Assembly: GCA_028280675.1 (NCBI GenBank)
Contig: JANQLI010000129.1
Coordinates: 1,833-65,832, forward strand
Length of the DNA: 64,000 nt
Origin: Alphaproteobacteria bacterium
Lineage (GTDB): Bacteria; Pseudomonadota; Alphaproteobacteria; SMXP01
Direction: 5' to 3'
In this document: positions 9,769 to 19,384 of the stretch, in pieces
How positions within the stretch are numbered: position 1 is the stretch's first letter
Layout: each line of letters starts with the position of its first letter
The notes under the pieces: model-generated
Told to the model about the DNA's origin: nothing
What the model saw: only the letters and a program-made list of their open reading frames with translations
Database searches by the model: none
Program-made: the position numbers and the translations under genes

Positions 9769-10803
9769 TTATTGAAACTTCGGCATCACATGTTCCGCGA
9801 TCATCTTCAAACCGTCCATCGGGTCATCAAACAGACGCAGTGAGAGATCGGTCAACCCGCCCTCTTCAAATTTTTTATAACGCTCTTCGACTTCTTGTTC
9901 GATGTCATCAATCGTGCCTGCAGAGGCAAGTTCCTTGATCAAATGATTGACAATCTCTTCCGGCACGTTGTTGATCACGCCAGTACGCATGAAATACGCC
10001 TTTTGGAATTCGCCAAAATTATCGAGAACGATTTTTTCTTCTTCTGGGCTCAGGAAGTGATGCAGCGAATGCGGCGGCAACATGGACCCACGATAGACAA
10101 GCTCACGTCGCGCTTCTTTCATAGAGACATCACGGTCTTCTTTATAGTGCCACGCCCAGAAATTGCCGATGCGGAAATTGTCTGCGGGCAGTTCACGTTT
10201 CCCAAGACCGATTTTCACATTTTCCATCGCTTCGGGCAGCATGTCGAGCGAGACATCGCTCATTTGAATGGCGTCAGCCACGCGCCCGCCCATACGGCAC
10301 ATCATAGGCTCGGTGGAGCAACTGTAAATTTGCGGGCCGTCTGCTTTTGCCCATTGATGCCAGAAGGGGCGATTCACCTCGTAAATCTCACCTTCATATT
10401 TCATGTTAAACTCACCGGAAGCGCAAGCGCGAATGATCTCAATGGTTTCCCGGGTGCGGCGCACGGACCGCAAAGCTTTCGGATCCACTTTCACACCGAT
10501 CGCACCCGCCACACCGCCGCCACCGGAAATCGCGACCATCGCCCGCCCATTGGCAAGTTCATTGAGCGATAAAACGCTATTGGCGATTTTGAGGGGGTGC
10601 ATCTCCATGGGGCTGAGCGCCAAGACACCAAGGTAAATCTTGCTCGTCGCCTGGGCGGCCGGCACCAAAGACACAAAAGGATCCCAATGCATATGATAGT
10701 TGGAGGCCCAAAGCGCCCGCACACCTGCTTTTTCGGCTTCCACAGCGATTTCCGCTAATTGTTGCGGCGTGATGTCCGGCTCAAGGATGATTTCTATGTC
10801 CAT
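9769..10803 (-). CDS. LLM-class flavin-dependent oxidoreductase (paralog of 959-1993)
   Basis: 344 aa. It can be aligned by eye with the 959-1993 product along its whole length. Confidence 0.7.
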   Translation of the reverse strand: MDIEIILEPDITPQQLAEIAVEAEKAGVRALWASNYHMHWDPFVSLVPAAQATSKIYLGVLALSPMEMHPLKIANSVLSLNELANGRAMVAISGGGGVAGAIGVKVDPKALRSVRRTRETIEIIRACASGEFNMKYEGEIYEVNRPFWHQWAKADGPQIYSCSTEPMMCRMGGRVADAIQMSDVSLDMLPEAMENVKIGLGKRELPADNFRIGNFWAWHYKEDRDVSMKEARRELVYRGSMLPPHSLHHFLSPEEEKIVLDNFGEFQKAYFMRTGVINNVPEEIVNHLIKELASAGTIDDIEQEVEERYKKFEEGGLTDLSLRLFDDPMDGLKMIAEHVMPKFQ

Positions 10804-10877
10804 TGTGCGCCTCTCTTTATGCTCATCATGACTTTGTCACAGCCACTTATGCAGATCAGGGTCACCGCATCAATGAT

Positions 10878-11744
10878 TTAAAGCAATTCATCGCCGTCTC
10901 GTTCGGAGAACGGATCAAGATAACGAAATCCAAGATCTTTGAGTTTCTGATTGGACACCTGACGGGGCCCAGGCGACAAATTTAGCCATTCAATCGCACC
11001 ATAGCCTTCGCGGTCGCAGACCTTTGCGAAAAACTCTTTCTTTGAATCGGTCGTATCATTGAACACATTATAACGTCCGGAAACATTATGCTTGATGCCA
11101 AATACAAGAGCGCCCACCACATCATCCCTGTGCACGATCATGACATCTGAATCGCCATCAAAGGGAATGGGCTGCATCGTCATGCCTTTCGCTGAATCAT
11201 TCAGACCCCGCATAACGCCAGGGCCATAAATAGTCCCTGTACGATAAATCGCAACGTTCAGCGTCTCGGATTGCGCCCCGAGCAAGACGTCTTCGGTTTC
11301 GACGTAGACAGATTGAAACGGCCCTTGCGGGTGAGAAGGTGTGTCTTCGACAACAGGTGTCACACCCCCCGCATCACCATAGGCATTCAGCGAACTTGTA
11401 AAAATGATTTGCTTGAGATTTGGCGCCGCGTCCAATGATTCCACCAACGACTGCGCTGTTCCGAGATACGCATCACGATAAAGCTCGGGATCCATAACGG
11501 TTTTACCATCCCGCTCAACCATACCGCCGGCTACTGTCATCAATACAATGTCTTGCCCTGTTAAAAGCGCGCGCATTTTTTCGCGGTCACTGCCCACCAT
11601 CACAATAACATTGTCAGCCACCTCTTTGAGCGGGGCAACACGTTTCTCTTGGGTGGTGGTCACTGTAACCGTATGGCCTTGGGCTGTGAGTATTTTTGCC
11701 GCCTTCAAGCCTGTATAGGCCGCTCCGATAATCGCGATGTTCAA
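10878..11744 (-). CDS. NAD(P)-binding epimerase/NmrA-like SDR-superfamily protein
   Basis: N-terminal IAIIGAAYTGL Rossmann motif. At 288 aa it has the extended-SDR size. Confidence 0.55.
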   Translation of the reverse strand: MNIAIIGAAYTGLKAAKILTAQGHTVTVTTTQEKRVAPLKEVADNVIVMVGSDREKMRALLTGQDIVLMTVAGGMVERDGKTVMDPELYRDAYLGTAQSLVESLDAAPNLKQIIFTSSLNAYGDAGGVTPVVEDTPSHPQGPFQSVYVETEDVLLGAQSETLNVAIYRTGTIYGPGVMRGLNDSAKGMTMQPIPFDGDSDVMIVHRDDVVGALVFGIKHNVSGRYNVFNDTTDSKKEFFAKVCDREGYGAIEWLNLSPGPRQVSNQKLKDLGFRYLDPFSERDGDELL

Positions 11745-11800
11745 TCTATTTCTCCCGTCTGTGATAAAGCGGGCACTGTTTCAGCTTTAGACGCTGCGCG

Positions 11801-11827
11801 CAAAAGGAAGAAGCAACGCCTTCTCCC
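11801..11827 (-). terminator. Putative rho-independent terminator downstream of the secreted-protein gene triplet
   Basis: The minus strand reads GGAGAAGGCGTTGCTTCTTCCTTTTG: a roughly 7-bp stem (one wobble pair), a 6-nt loop, then a T-run. Confidence 0.4.
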
Positions 11828-11851
11828 TGGTGGTTGGTTTTTGAAAAGGGG

Positions 11852-12283
11852 TTATTCAGACTCTGCCTGTGCAACATCTTGCGGTTCGCCGTTACGGCCA
11901 GGCACAATTTCACCGGTCAGGGTTAAAGCAAAGAAAGGCTTATATTCCCATGTCGCACCCACTTCTGTGTTTTCGCCAATGGGACCACAAATTTCACGGT
12001 TATATTTATTCTCGTGTTCGGGGATGTATGTGCAATGTCCGCGTGAACCGTCTTTTAATGTCGTGTATTCCCATGTCCCGCGATACACATTTTTTTTATC
12101 GACGATGGTGACGGTTTGATCGGGGTTATAAAAATATTTTGTGACTCCACCTTTGCCGAACTGACCACCGGATGTGATGGCGATGGTATTTTCAAAAGCG
12201 ACATCGAAATCAGCTTCCGCCATGGCTGATGATGTTGGCACAAACAAAGCAAATGTCATCAGCGATAACCAAGTCTTTATCAT
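11852..12283 (-). CDS. Small secreted protein, paralog C of a tandem triplet (unknown family)
   Basis: Signal peptide MIKTWLSLMTFALFVPTSSAMA. Shares the motifs FxNT, YxYNPDxTV, GTW, two Cys, GATWE and a C-terminal GEIVPGR. Confidence 0.5.
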   Translation of the reverse strand: MIKTWLSLMTFALFVPTSSAMAEADFDVAFENTIAITSGGQFGKGGVTKYFYNPDQTVTIVDKKNVYRGTWEYTTLKDGSRGHCTYIPEHENKYNREICGPIGENTEVGATWEYKPFFALTLTGEIVPGRNGEPQDVAQAESE

Positions 12284-12320
12284 AACGCATTTTCCCCTGC
12301 TCATCGGCGGCCTTCACCCC

Positions 12321-12686
12321 TTAACGCCCAGCCACCAATTTGCCTTTGATGGTCATATTCGGCCCGCCTTGCGTTTCCCAGGTCGATCCAGGTCCGGCGC
12401 CTTTCATTTCAGCCAAGGGGGCGCAGGCTTCGTAATCCGAACCGTCTGCAAGCTTAAACACAGTGCAAATCGCATCACCTTTTTGCTGCCAGGTATAAAC
12501 ATCATCTGTGTCCGTACCGACAGAACCATCTGGATTATAATATAATTGTATTGTGGTTTCGCTCTCAGGTGTGATCGTTGTCAACACGACAGTATTGCCG
12601 AAGAGAACATCCATCTCACCTGCAAAAGAAAGTGATGACGTGAGTGAAAGACCCAATATACAAAGTAACGTTTTCAAGCGTTTCAC
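12321..12686 (-). CDS. Small secreted protein, paralog B of a tandem triplet (unknown family)
   Basis: Probable GTG start, with an AGGAG Shine-Dalgarno 6 nt upstream. Signal peptide VKRLKTLLCILGLSLTSSLSFA. Same conserved motifs, ending GKLVAGR. Confidence 0.5.
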   Translation of the reverse strand: MKRLKTLLCILGLSLTSSLSFAGEMDVLFGNTVVLTTITPESETTIQLYYNPDGSVGTDTDDVYTWQQKGDAICTVFKLADGSDYEACAPLAEMKGAGPGSTWETQGGPNMTIKGKLVAGR

Positions 12687-12778
12687 GATGTTCTCCTGAA
12701 AGATAAAATGACCTTCCCCATCATCCGACAAGGAAGGTCATCCCGTGTTCACATCAGCTAGCGCTGACAAAACCAATC

Positions 12779-13159
12779 TTAACGGCCGGCAATAAGCGCG
12801 CCTTTAATGTTGAGACCTTCCGCTGGGGAAAACTCCCATGTATCACCGACGGACGCACCTTCCATATCCGCAACCGGATTACAGATCTGTTGTTCTTGAC
12901 CTTGTGGTGATTTCATGGTGGTGCACATTTCAGCACCATTTACCGCCCATGAACCAGTGCTTTCGCCTTGCGATGTAATGATTTTTACAGTGCCATCTTC
13001 ATTGTAGTGATATTTAGATGTCATTGGCGGAATATCTTTGTACGTTGCTGTCATTTCAACGGTGTTCGCAAACAAAACACCAAGATCTGCAGCTTGAGCG
13101 ACGGAGGCTCCCCCCAGAACCAAACTCGACACCAAAATAGACTTGAATACTTTTTTCAT
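12779..13159 (-). CDS. Small secreted protein, paralog A of a tandem triplet (unknown family)
   Basis: Signal peptide MKKVFKSILVSSLVLGGASVAQA. Motifs FANTVEMT, YHYNEDGTV, GSW, two Cys, GDTWE, ending GALIAGR. The start could instead be at 13171. Confidence 0.5.
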   Translation of the reverse strand: MKKVFKSILVSSLVLGGASVAQAADLGVLFANTVEMTATYKDIPPMTSKYHYNEDGTVKIITSQGESTGSWAVNGAEMCTTMKSPQGQEQQICNPVADMEGASVGDTWEFSPAEGLNIKGALIAGR

Positions 13160-13435
13160 TTGTTCCCTCATTCGTCCCCCGTTTCTTTAAGGGGCATCCT
13201 GTTAATTTTGAATACTACGTGTAAGCTGACCAACTCGTACTCAAATAGTCATTTTGGAAAGTGCGAGACTTCCTGCGCCCACGGGCGTGAGTTTTTAACC
13301 TTAAATGAGACAAAAAAAAGGCACCAATGAATCGCGGATGTGACGGGCTTTTTATTGACCACATATTGGTATGAATAAAACTTAAGGTTCAATGGAACAC
13401 AACATATTGCGTGGAGTTTAAGTCCTTATGGCCGT

Positions 13436-13672
13436 TCAAAAATCAATCGCAAGACCGCCTTTTTCCCAATCCCCATAACGGGTCGGCTCAGGTCCTTTGC
13501 GGCCATTGATTTCTTTGGTTGCTTGCTCTTTTGACTGTTCCGCCAAGCGGCGGCGGTCTTCCGCTTCCGCTAAAGCGCGCTGTGCCGCAGGAGGAAGATC
13601 TGCCCTTTTGCGTTTCGCTGATTCGCTTGCCTGCCCGCTTTGAGTCTCGCTATGATCTGAAGCTGTGCTCAT
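13436..13672 (-). CDS. DUF1674-family protein (SDHAF4-like)
   Basis: 78 aa with a C-terminal TRYGDWEKGGLAIDF signature, as in alphaproteobacterial DUF1674 proteins. Confidence 0.55.
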   Translation of the reverse strand: MSTASDHSETQSGQASESAKRKRADLPPAAQRALAEAEDRRRLAEQSKEQATKEINGRKGPEPTRYGDWEKGGLAIDF

Positions 13673-13786
13673 AAGACTATCGTATGCCGTTATTATTGAA
13701 TGATCGCCGCGATCACTTACATATCTCTTATATGTTTTTCTTCAGATGTGCAAAAGTACGCTGAAAACATAAGTAAATGAGAAACG

Positions 13787-14656
13787 ATGAATTACGTTAA
13801 GACAGCCATTCTCCTTGCGGTTTTAACCGCTCTTTTCGGCGCCATTGGTTACGCTTTGGGCGGGGCAGGCGGCATGATTATCGCTTTGTTGGTGGCGGCG
13901 GCAATGAACGTGTTTTCCTACTGGAATGCAGATAAAATGGTGTTGCGCATGTATAACGCACGCCAAGTCGACGAAAGCACAGCACCAGATTTTGTCCGTA
14001 TGGTTGGCCGTCTTGCACAAAATGCCAATATGCCGATGCCGAAGGTGTTTATCATTGAGACGCCCCAACCCAATGCGTTCGCCACCGGACGCAATCCAGA
14101 AAACGCCTCTGTCGCAGCGACCACAGGTCTTTTGAAAATGCTCAATCACGACGAAATCGAAGGCGTGATGGCACATGAACTGGCCCATGTGAAAAACCGC
14201 GACACCCTCACCATGACCATTACAGCCACCATAGCAGGCGCTATTTCCATGCTTGCCAATTTTGCTTTCTTCATAGGCGGGCGACGCAACAATGGTATTG
14301 GCGGCTTAATCGGAACACTGGCCATCATGTTGCTTGCGCCTATGGCCGCAGGCCTGGTGCAAATGGCCATCAGCCGCACCCGTGAATACCAAGCGGATAA
14401 AATAGGCGCTGAGATTAGCGGCAAACCTGTTGCCTTAGCCAGCGCCCTTGAAAAAATTTCACAAGGGGCGGCCCGTATTGATTACCAACAAGCAGAAGAC
14501 AATCCCGCGACAGCGCATCTCTTCATCATCAACCCGCTGCACACAAAGAAGATAGACAATCTCTTCTCTACACATCCCAACACAGAGAACCGCATTGCCC
14601 GTCTCTATGAGATGGCCACAGGGATGGAACGGAGCCGCCGCGGCCCCTGGGGTTAA
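13787..14656 (+). CDS. htpX: Zinc metalloprotease HtpX (M48 family)
   Basis: Multi-TM N-terminus and a HELAHV zinc-binding motif. Overall HtpX architecture. Confidence 0.85.
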   Translation: MNYVKTAILLAVLTALFGAIGYALGGAGGMIIALLVAAAMNVFSYWNADKMVLRMYNARQVDESTAPDFVRMVGRLAQNANMPMPKVFIIETPQPNAFATGRNPENASVAATTGLLKMLNHDEIEGVMAHELAHVKNRDTLTMTITATIAGAISMLANFAFFIGGRRNNGIGGLIGTLAIMLLAPMAAGLVQMAISRTREYQADKIGAEISGKPVALASALEKISQGAARIDYQQAEDNPATAHLFIINPLHTKKIDNLFSTHPNTENRIARLYEMATGMERSRRGPWG

Positions 14657-14709
14657 CACCACAAAAACACATCTTGGCGACGCGCCGTACCTGTGATCTA
14701 AGGCAGGTC

Positions 14710-16035
14710 ATGTCGCAGTCATCACAAACACCGCACGGTCTCGCATCACGCACCACGGCAACGTATGTATTAGGCCGTATCCTCGATGCAGGGCAGGCCC
14801 TTGATCTCGCTTTTGCAGACGCCATAAAAGGGAACCAACAAGGCCTTGCAGACATGCGTGACCGGGCTTTTGTACGCCGATTGGTCACCCATACCTTGCG
14901 GCGTTTGGGTCAGGTCGATGCAGCAATCAAACGCTATCTGAAAAAACCCATCGCAAAAAAGGACGTCCGTACACGACACATTCTGCGTATTGCGGTGTGT
15001 GAAATTCTGTTTCTGGACACGCCGCCACATGCAGCGGTAGACACGGCCGTGTCCCAAGCAAACGCACATGTCAAAACGCGCCACACCAAAGGCATGATCA
15101 ACGCTGTGTTGCGGCGGATTACCGAAGATAGTGAGACTCTTTTAAAAGATCTCAGCGATGTCAGTAACACGCCGCGCTGGCTGATAGAGAGCTGGGGCAC
15201 CGCCTATGGCGATGAAACGGCAAAAGCCATTGCCGATATGCACCTGACTGAACCACCCCTTGATCTCATCCTTAAAGCTGACGCTGATTCCGCCGCATGG
15301 GCGCGGATATTAGAAGCGGACATTTTACCTACCGGCGCCTTACGCCGCCAGGCCGGGGGATCGATTACCGAACTCGCGGGCTTCGATGATGGGCAATGGT
15401 GGGTGCAAGACGCGGCCGCAGCCCTTCCCGCCAGTTTAATGGGTGACATTGAGGGACAGTGCGTCCTAGATCTTTGCGCCGCCCCTGGCGGAAAAACACT
15501 GCAGCTCGCCGATCAAGGCGCAATTGTCACAGCACTGGACCGCTCCAAAAACCGTCTCACGCGTGTGCAGGAGAACCTTGAACGCACAGGCTTAGCGGCC
15601 GACCTTATTGCGGCAGATAGTGTAGAATGGCGCCCTGAACAACCAGCTCCCTTTGTGCTGCTTGATGCCCCTTGCTCGGCGACGGGAACGCTCCGCAGGC
15701 ACCCGGATGTGGCGCGCCTCAAGGGACCTAAAGACATCGGCGCTCTGATCAAAGCCCAAACGCGTCTGCTGGATGCAGCCGCTGAGATGACGGCTCCGGA
15801 TGGCACATTGATCTATTGCACCTGCTCCCTGCAGCCTGAAGAAGGCCCCGATCAAATCACCGCTTTTCTTAAGCGCCATCCTGCGTGGCAGCGCAAAGCC
15901 ATTGTGCCGGAAGAGATTGGCGGCCTCATGGACTGCATTACGCAGGATGGGGAACTCCGCACCCTGCCCTGTCACTTCGGCGATAGAGGCGGGATGGACG
16001 GATTTTTCGCGGCGCGATTGATGAACACATCTTAA
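14710..16035 (+). CDS. rsmB: 16S rRNA (cytosine-C5) methyltransferase, RsmB/Sun family
   Basis: NusB-like N-terminal domain followed by a SAM-methyltransferase core (DLCAAPGGKT). Catalytic Cys region DAPCSATG. Confidence 0.8.
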   Translation: MSQSSQTPHGLASRTTATYVLGRILDAGQALDLAFADAIKGNQQGLADMRDRAFVRRLVTHTLRRLGQVDAAIKRYLKKPIAKKDVRTRHILRIAVCEILFLDTPPHAAVDTAVSQANAHVKTRHTKGMINAVLRRITEDSETLLKDLSDVSNTPRWLIESWGTAYGDETAKAIADMHLTEPPLDLILKADADSAAWARILEADILPTGALRRQAGGSITELAGFDDGQWWVQDAAAALPASLMGDIEGQCVLDLCAAPGGKTLQLADQGAIVTALDRSKNRLTRVQENLERTGLAADLIAADSVEWRPEQPAPFVLLDAPCSATGTLRRHPDVARLKGPKDIGALIKAQTRLLDAAAEMTAPDGTLIYCTCSLQPEEGPDQITAFLKRHPAWQRKAIVPEEIGGLMDCITQDGELRTLPCHFGDRGGMDGFFAARLMNTS

Positions 16036-16122
16036 GCTCAGGGCCTTAATTTGACCCTTTTCCTCCGCTAAAACTGTCCATGTCAGGTGGGTGGGCTCTA
16101 TTGCACAACAAGGAGCCACAAA

Positions 16123-16680
16123 ATGTTTAATTTTTTTCAAGGGGTTAGCCTCAGAACCCCAAAAATTGCCGTGGTGATGGCGGCGGGTCTCGGTCTGTTC
16201 CTGAGCGCTTGCGCGCAAGATCTCGGCAATAATACCTATTCCCGCTCTGCCGTTGGCACCGTTAATCAAATCGCCTACGGCACAGTGGTCAGTACGCGCA
16301 ATGTCACGATTGATGGCACCAAAACCCATATCGGCACAGGGGCCGGCGCGGTGATTGGCGGCGTGGCGGGCTCCAATATTGGCGGCAGCCGGGATGAAAA
16401 TATCGTTGGGGCGGTGGCCGGTGCCGTTCTTGGCGGGATAGCAGGGAACGCTCTTGAACGCGGCGTAACACGCCAATCCGGTATTGAATATACGGTCCGC
16501 GGTGAAAGCGGAGAGATGTTCACAATCGTGCAAACAGCAAAGTCCGGTTTGATCTATCCCGGCACGCCCGTACAGATCATTTATGGCGCAGATCGGATAC
16601 GCCTGGTGCCGCAAGGGTATAACCAGGCTTATCAGGACGGCTATGCCCCTTATGCCGATGATCCCCGTTTGATTCGCTAA
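16123..16680 (+). CDS. Glycine-zipper (17 kDa surface antigen/SlyB-like) outer-membrane lipoprotein
   Basis: Start MFNFF..., lipobox LSACA, and a GxxxG-rich glycine zipper (GAVIGGVAGSNIGG...AVLGGIAG). Confidence 0.55.
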   Translation: MFNFFQGVSLRTPKIAVVMAAGLGLFLSACAQDLGNNTYSRSAVGTVNQIAYGTVVSTRNVTIDGTKTHIGTGAGAVIGGVAGSNIGGSRDENIVGAVAGAVLGGIAGNALERGVTRQSGIEYTVRGESGEMFTIVQTAKSGLIYPGTPVQIIYGADRIRLVPQGYNQAYQDGYAPYADDPRLIR

Positions 16681-16788
16681 ACCAAACCGTGTTGTGCAGA
16701 GACATGTAAGGCTTGCGATGCATTTTGAGAGCGCAGAATGAATCTGTCCTGAGCAAGCCTTGCACGGGGATTCACATGGTGTTACCCC

Positions 16789-17460
16789 TTGTCCATGCCG
16801 CAACCGATTCGTATAGCCCCTTCAATTCTTGCCGCTGACTTTGCAAAACTCGGCGAAGAAGTGCGTGCTGTCACCGAAGCTGGTGCGGATTACATCCACA
16901 TTGACGTGATGGATGGCCATTTCGTGCCGAACCTCACGATTGGACCGGATGTGGTGAAAGCGTTGCGTCCACATAGCAAAGCTGTGTTTGACGTCCATCT
17001 CATGATTTCGCCAGTTGATCCGTATATTGATGAATTTGTCGCTGCGGGAGCGAATATTATTTCTTTCCACCCCGAAGCGGGGGCACATGCCCATCGCACG
17101 GTGCAGATGATCAAAGAGGCAGGTATTAAGGCAGGGATCGCATTGAACCCTGCAACCCCAATCGAGGCGATTGACTATTTAATTGACGATCTCGACCTGA
17201 TCTTGGTGATGAGCGTCAATCCAGGCTTTGGCGGACAAAGCTTTATCGAATCCCAACTTGCAAAAATTGCTGCCCTCCGCCAGCGTATTAACGACTCAGG
17301 GCGCGACATCGACTTAGAGGTAGACGGTGGGATTAATTTTGACACCGCTCCAAAAGCCATCGCCGCTGGAGCCGATGTACTTGTCGCCGGAACAGCCACA
17401 TTTAAAGGCGGACCAAGCGCTTACGCGGACAATATCGCAAGGATACGAGGCGGAACGTGA
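16789..17460 (+). CDS. rpe: Ribulose-phosphate 3-epimerase
   Basis: [16 protein letters not shown]...[12 protein letters not shown]... are canonical Rpe motifs. Confidence 0.9.
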   Translation: MSMPQPIRIAPSILAADFAKLGEEVRAVTEAGADYIHIDVMDGHFVPNLTIGPDVVKALRPHSKAVFDVHLMISPVDPYIDEFVAAGANIISFHPEAGAHAHRTVQMIKEAGIKAGIALNPATPIEAIDYLIDDLDLILVMSVNPGFGGQSFIESQLAKIAALRQRINDSGRDIDLEVDGGINFDTAPKAIAAGADVLVAGTATFKGGPSAYADNIARIRGGT

Positions 17461-19241
17461 CAGATGCGACATTGAAGGGTGCCAGGCATGGGCCATCGCG
17501 CGGGGAACTCCTCAGTGATATGGCCCACGAGGCCCTGGCGCGCTCTGCGACATTTCTGCGTGATATATCCTTTCGCTCGTGGCCCTATCGGCTCAGTCTC
17601 GCAGGGCCGATGCCGGATCGCTTCCAGTATTATCCCAAAGATGTTGACCGCGGATCGCTGCCAATCGCGCAAAGTCTGCTGCAAGGACGCTATGCGTCCC
17701 CCGACGGGATGGTGCAAGCCAATCAGAGCACAGCCCCTTGGTCTCTTGTGCCTCCATCTGACGCCTGGGCCGAAACGTTACACGGTTTTTCCTGGCTCAA
17801 ACATTTTGACGGTCATCGCACACCTGCTATGCGCGACCACGTGCATTGGCTCATTACCACATGGATGGAAGACTGCGACCGCTGGAACTCTATCGCCTGG
17901 CGTCCTCATGTCATTGGCCGGCGGCTCATTTCATGGTTTAGCCATGCGAAGCTAATCGCCAATGAAAGCGATCTGATCTGGCGCAGTGAATTGCTGTGCT
18001 CAATTGCTAGACAAGCTCGGCATCTCTCCCGCACAGCGAAATGGGCGCAGGAAGGGGATGCCAAACTGACAGCCGCCGTCGGCCTTGCTTTTTCAGGACT
18101 ATGTTTACCGGACGGCGAACACCGCCTTGAGCAAGGGATGAATATCCTTCTCGCCGAGTTGGATAAACAGATCTTGCCCGATGGCGGGCATGTGAGCCGG
18201 AACCCTTCTGTACAATTGTCAACCTTAGCCGATTTGTGCATGTTAAAAGACTCGCTCTTAGCGGCGAACTTCCCCGTCCCGCAAGACCTCGATGACATCA
18301 TCAGCCGCATGGGGCCGATGCTGCGTTTCTTCCGCCATACTGACGGCAAGCTTGCTCTCTTTAACGGCTCTGCCGAGAATCAAACCACCACAATTGACGC
18401 CTTGCTCGCACGCAAAGATACACGCGGCAAACCCTACGGCTATGCGCCCCATTCCGGTTATCAACGTATACAGGCAGGACGCACCTATCTCATCGCGGAC
18501 ACGGCCTCCCCGCCTCAACGCGGTTTTAGTCAAAACGCCCATGCTGGCTGTTTGTCGTTTGAAATGAGCATCGGCCGCCATCGTTTGATCGTGAATTGCG
18601 GCTCAACAGAAACACGCGGCGGAGATTGGCAAAATGCCAGCCGCGCGACAGCAGCGCATTCCACTGTAACGTTGGCGGACAAATCCTCTGCACGTTTTCT
18701 CAAACGCACTCTGACGGCCAAGCTTCTTGGGCCACGCGTCACACAAGGCCCGAACATGGTGGTGAGTGAACGTGATGAAAACGCGCAGGGTCTGTGGCTC
18801 ACAACATCACATGATGGCTATGTGGATCGTTTCGGTCTCATACATGAACGCCGCCTCTACCTCAGCCGCGATGGAGAAGATTTGCGCGGTGAAGATTGCA
18901 TCAAAGCGCCTGAAAACGACGCCACGCTATCTTGGTTAACACCCCATAGAGGGAAAACATCGACAGCAGTGCCTTTCTCTGTGCGGTTTCATTTGCATCC
19001 TGATGTGCGGGTTTCGCAATCCCGTGACGATGGTTCGGTGATCATGATGTTACCCAATGGCGATGGCTGGACATTCCGCACCAATTGGCCGTCACCAACT
19101 CTTGAGGAGAGCATCTATCTCGGATCTGGCGACGCGCTGAAGCGCACCACTCAAATCGTGATCAATGGGGTGGCGGATAAAGATGCGCAAACCAGCATCA
19201 AATGGGCGATACAGCGCATGAGCACCCTTCCTAAAATCTGA
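17457..19241 (+). CDS. Heparinase II/III-family protein
   Basis: 594 aa. GTG start overlapping the rpe stop (GTGA). I am recalling the syntenic heparinase II/III-like gene that lies between rpe and purH in many Alphaproteobacteria. Confidence 0.5.
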   Translation: MTDATLKGARHGPSRGELLSDMAHEALARSATFLRDISFRSWPYRLSLAGPMPDRFQYYPKDVDRGSLPIAQSLLQGRYASPDGMVQANQSTAPWSLVPPSDAWAETLHGFSWLKHFDGHRTPAMRDHVHWLITTWMEDCDRWNSIAWRPHVIGRRLISWFSHAKLIANESDLIWRSELLCSIARQARHLSRTAKWAQEGDAKLTAAVGLAFSGLCLPDGEHRLEQGMNILLAELDKQILPDGGHVSRNPSVQLSTLADLCMLKDSLLAANFPVPQDLDDIISRMGPMLRFFRHTDGKLALFNGSAENQTTTIDALLARKDTRGKPYGYAPHSGYQRIQAGRTYLIADTASPPQRGFSQNAHAGCLSFEMSIGRHRLIVNCGSTETRGGDWQNASRATAAHSTVTLADKSSARFLKRTLTAKLLGPRVTQGPNMVVSERDENAQGLWLTTSHDGYVDRFGLIHERRLYLSRDGEDLRGEDCIKAPENDATLSWLTPHRGKTSTAVPFSVRFHLHPDVRVSQSRDDGSVIMMLPNGDGWTFRTNWPSPTLEESIYLGSGDALKRTTQIVINGVADKDAQTSIKWAIQRMSTLPKI

Positions 19242-19384
19242 TAATTGTTGCGAAAATTAGCTTCAAGTCCAAAATGCGCTGCCCGGAATGACTCCCTCTC
19301 CCGCAAAAACATGCTATGACTATCGCTTACGGGGGTAGAGTCCCCTGCCATGTACGGCGTTAGGAATTAAAGGCAGCCATACCG

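Noticed and set aside
13172-13435. Possible small RNA or terminator in the 264-bp gap between the secreted-protein triplet and the DUF1674 gene
   Set aside because: There is only a weak GCGCCCACGGGCGTGA near-palindrome followed by a T-run, on the strand opposite to both flanking genes. This is more likely a promoter region for the minus-strand triplet. I cannot support an RNA gene.
15592-16803. 403-aa minus-strand ORF spanning rsmB, the glycine-zipper lipoprotein gene and the rpe start
   Set aside because: It overlaps three well-supported plus-strand genes. Its translation has no recognisable motifs and is Cys/Arg/Ala-rich. It is a shadow ORF.
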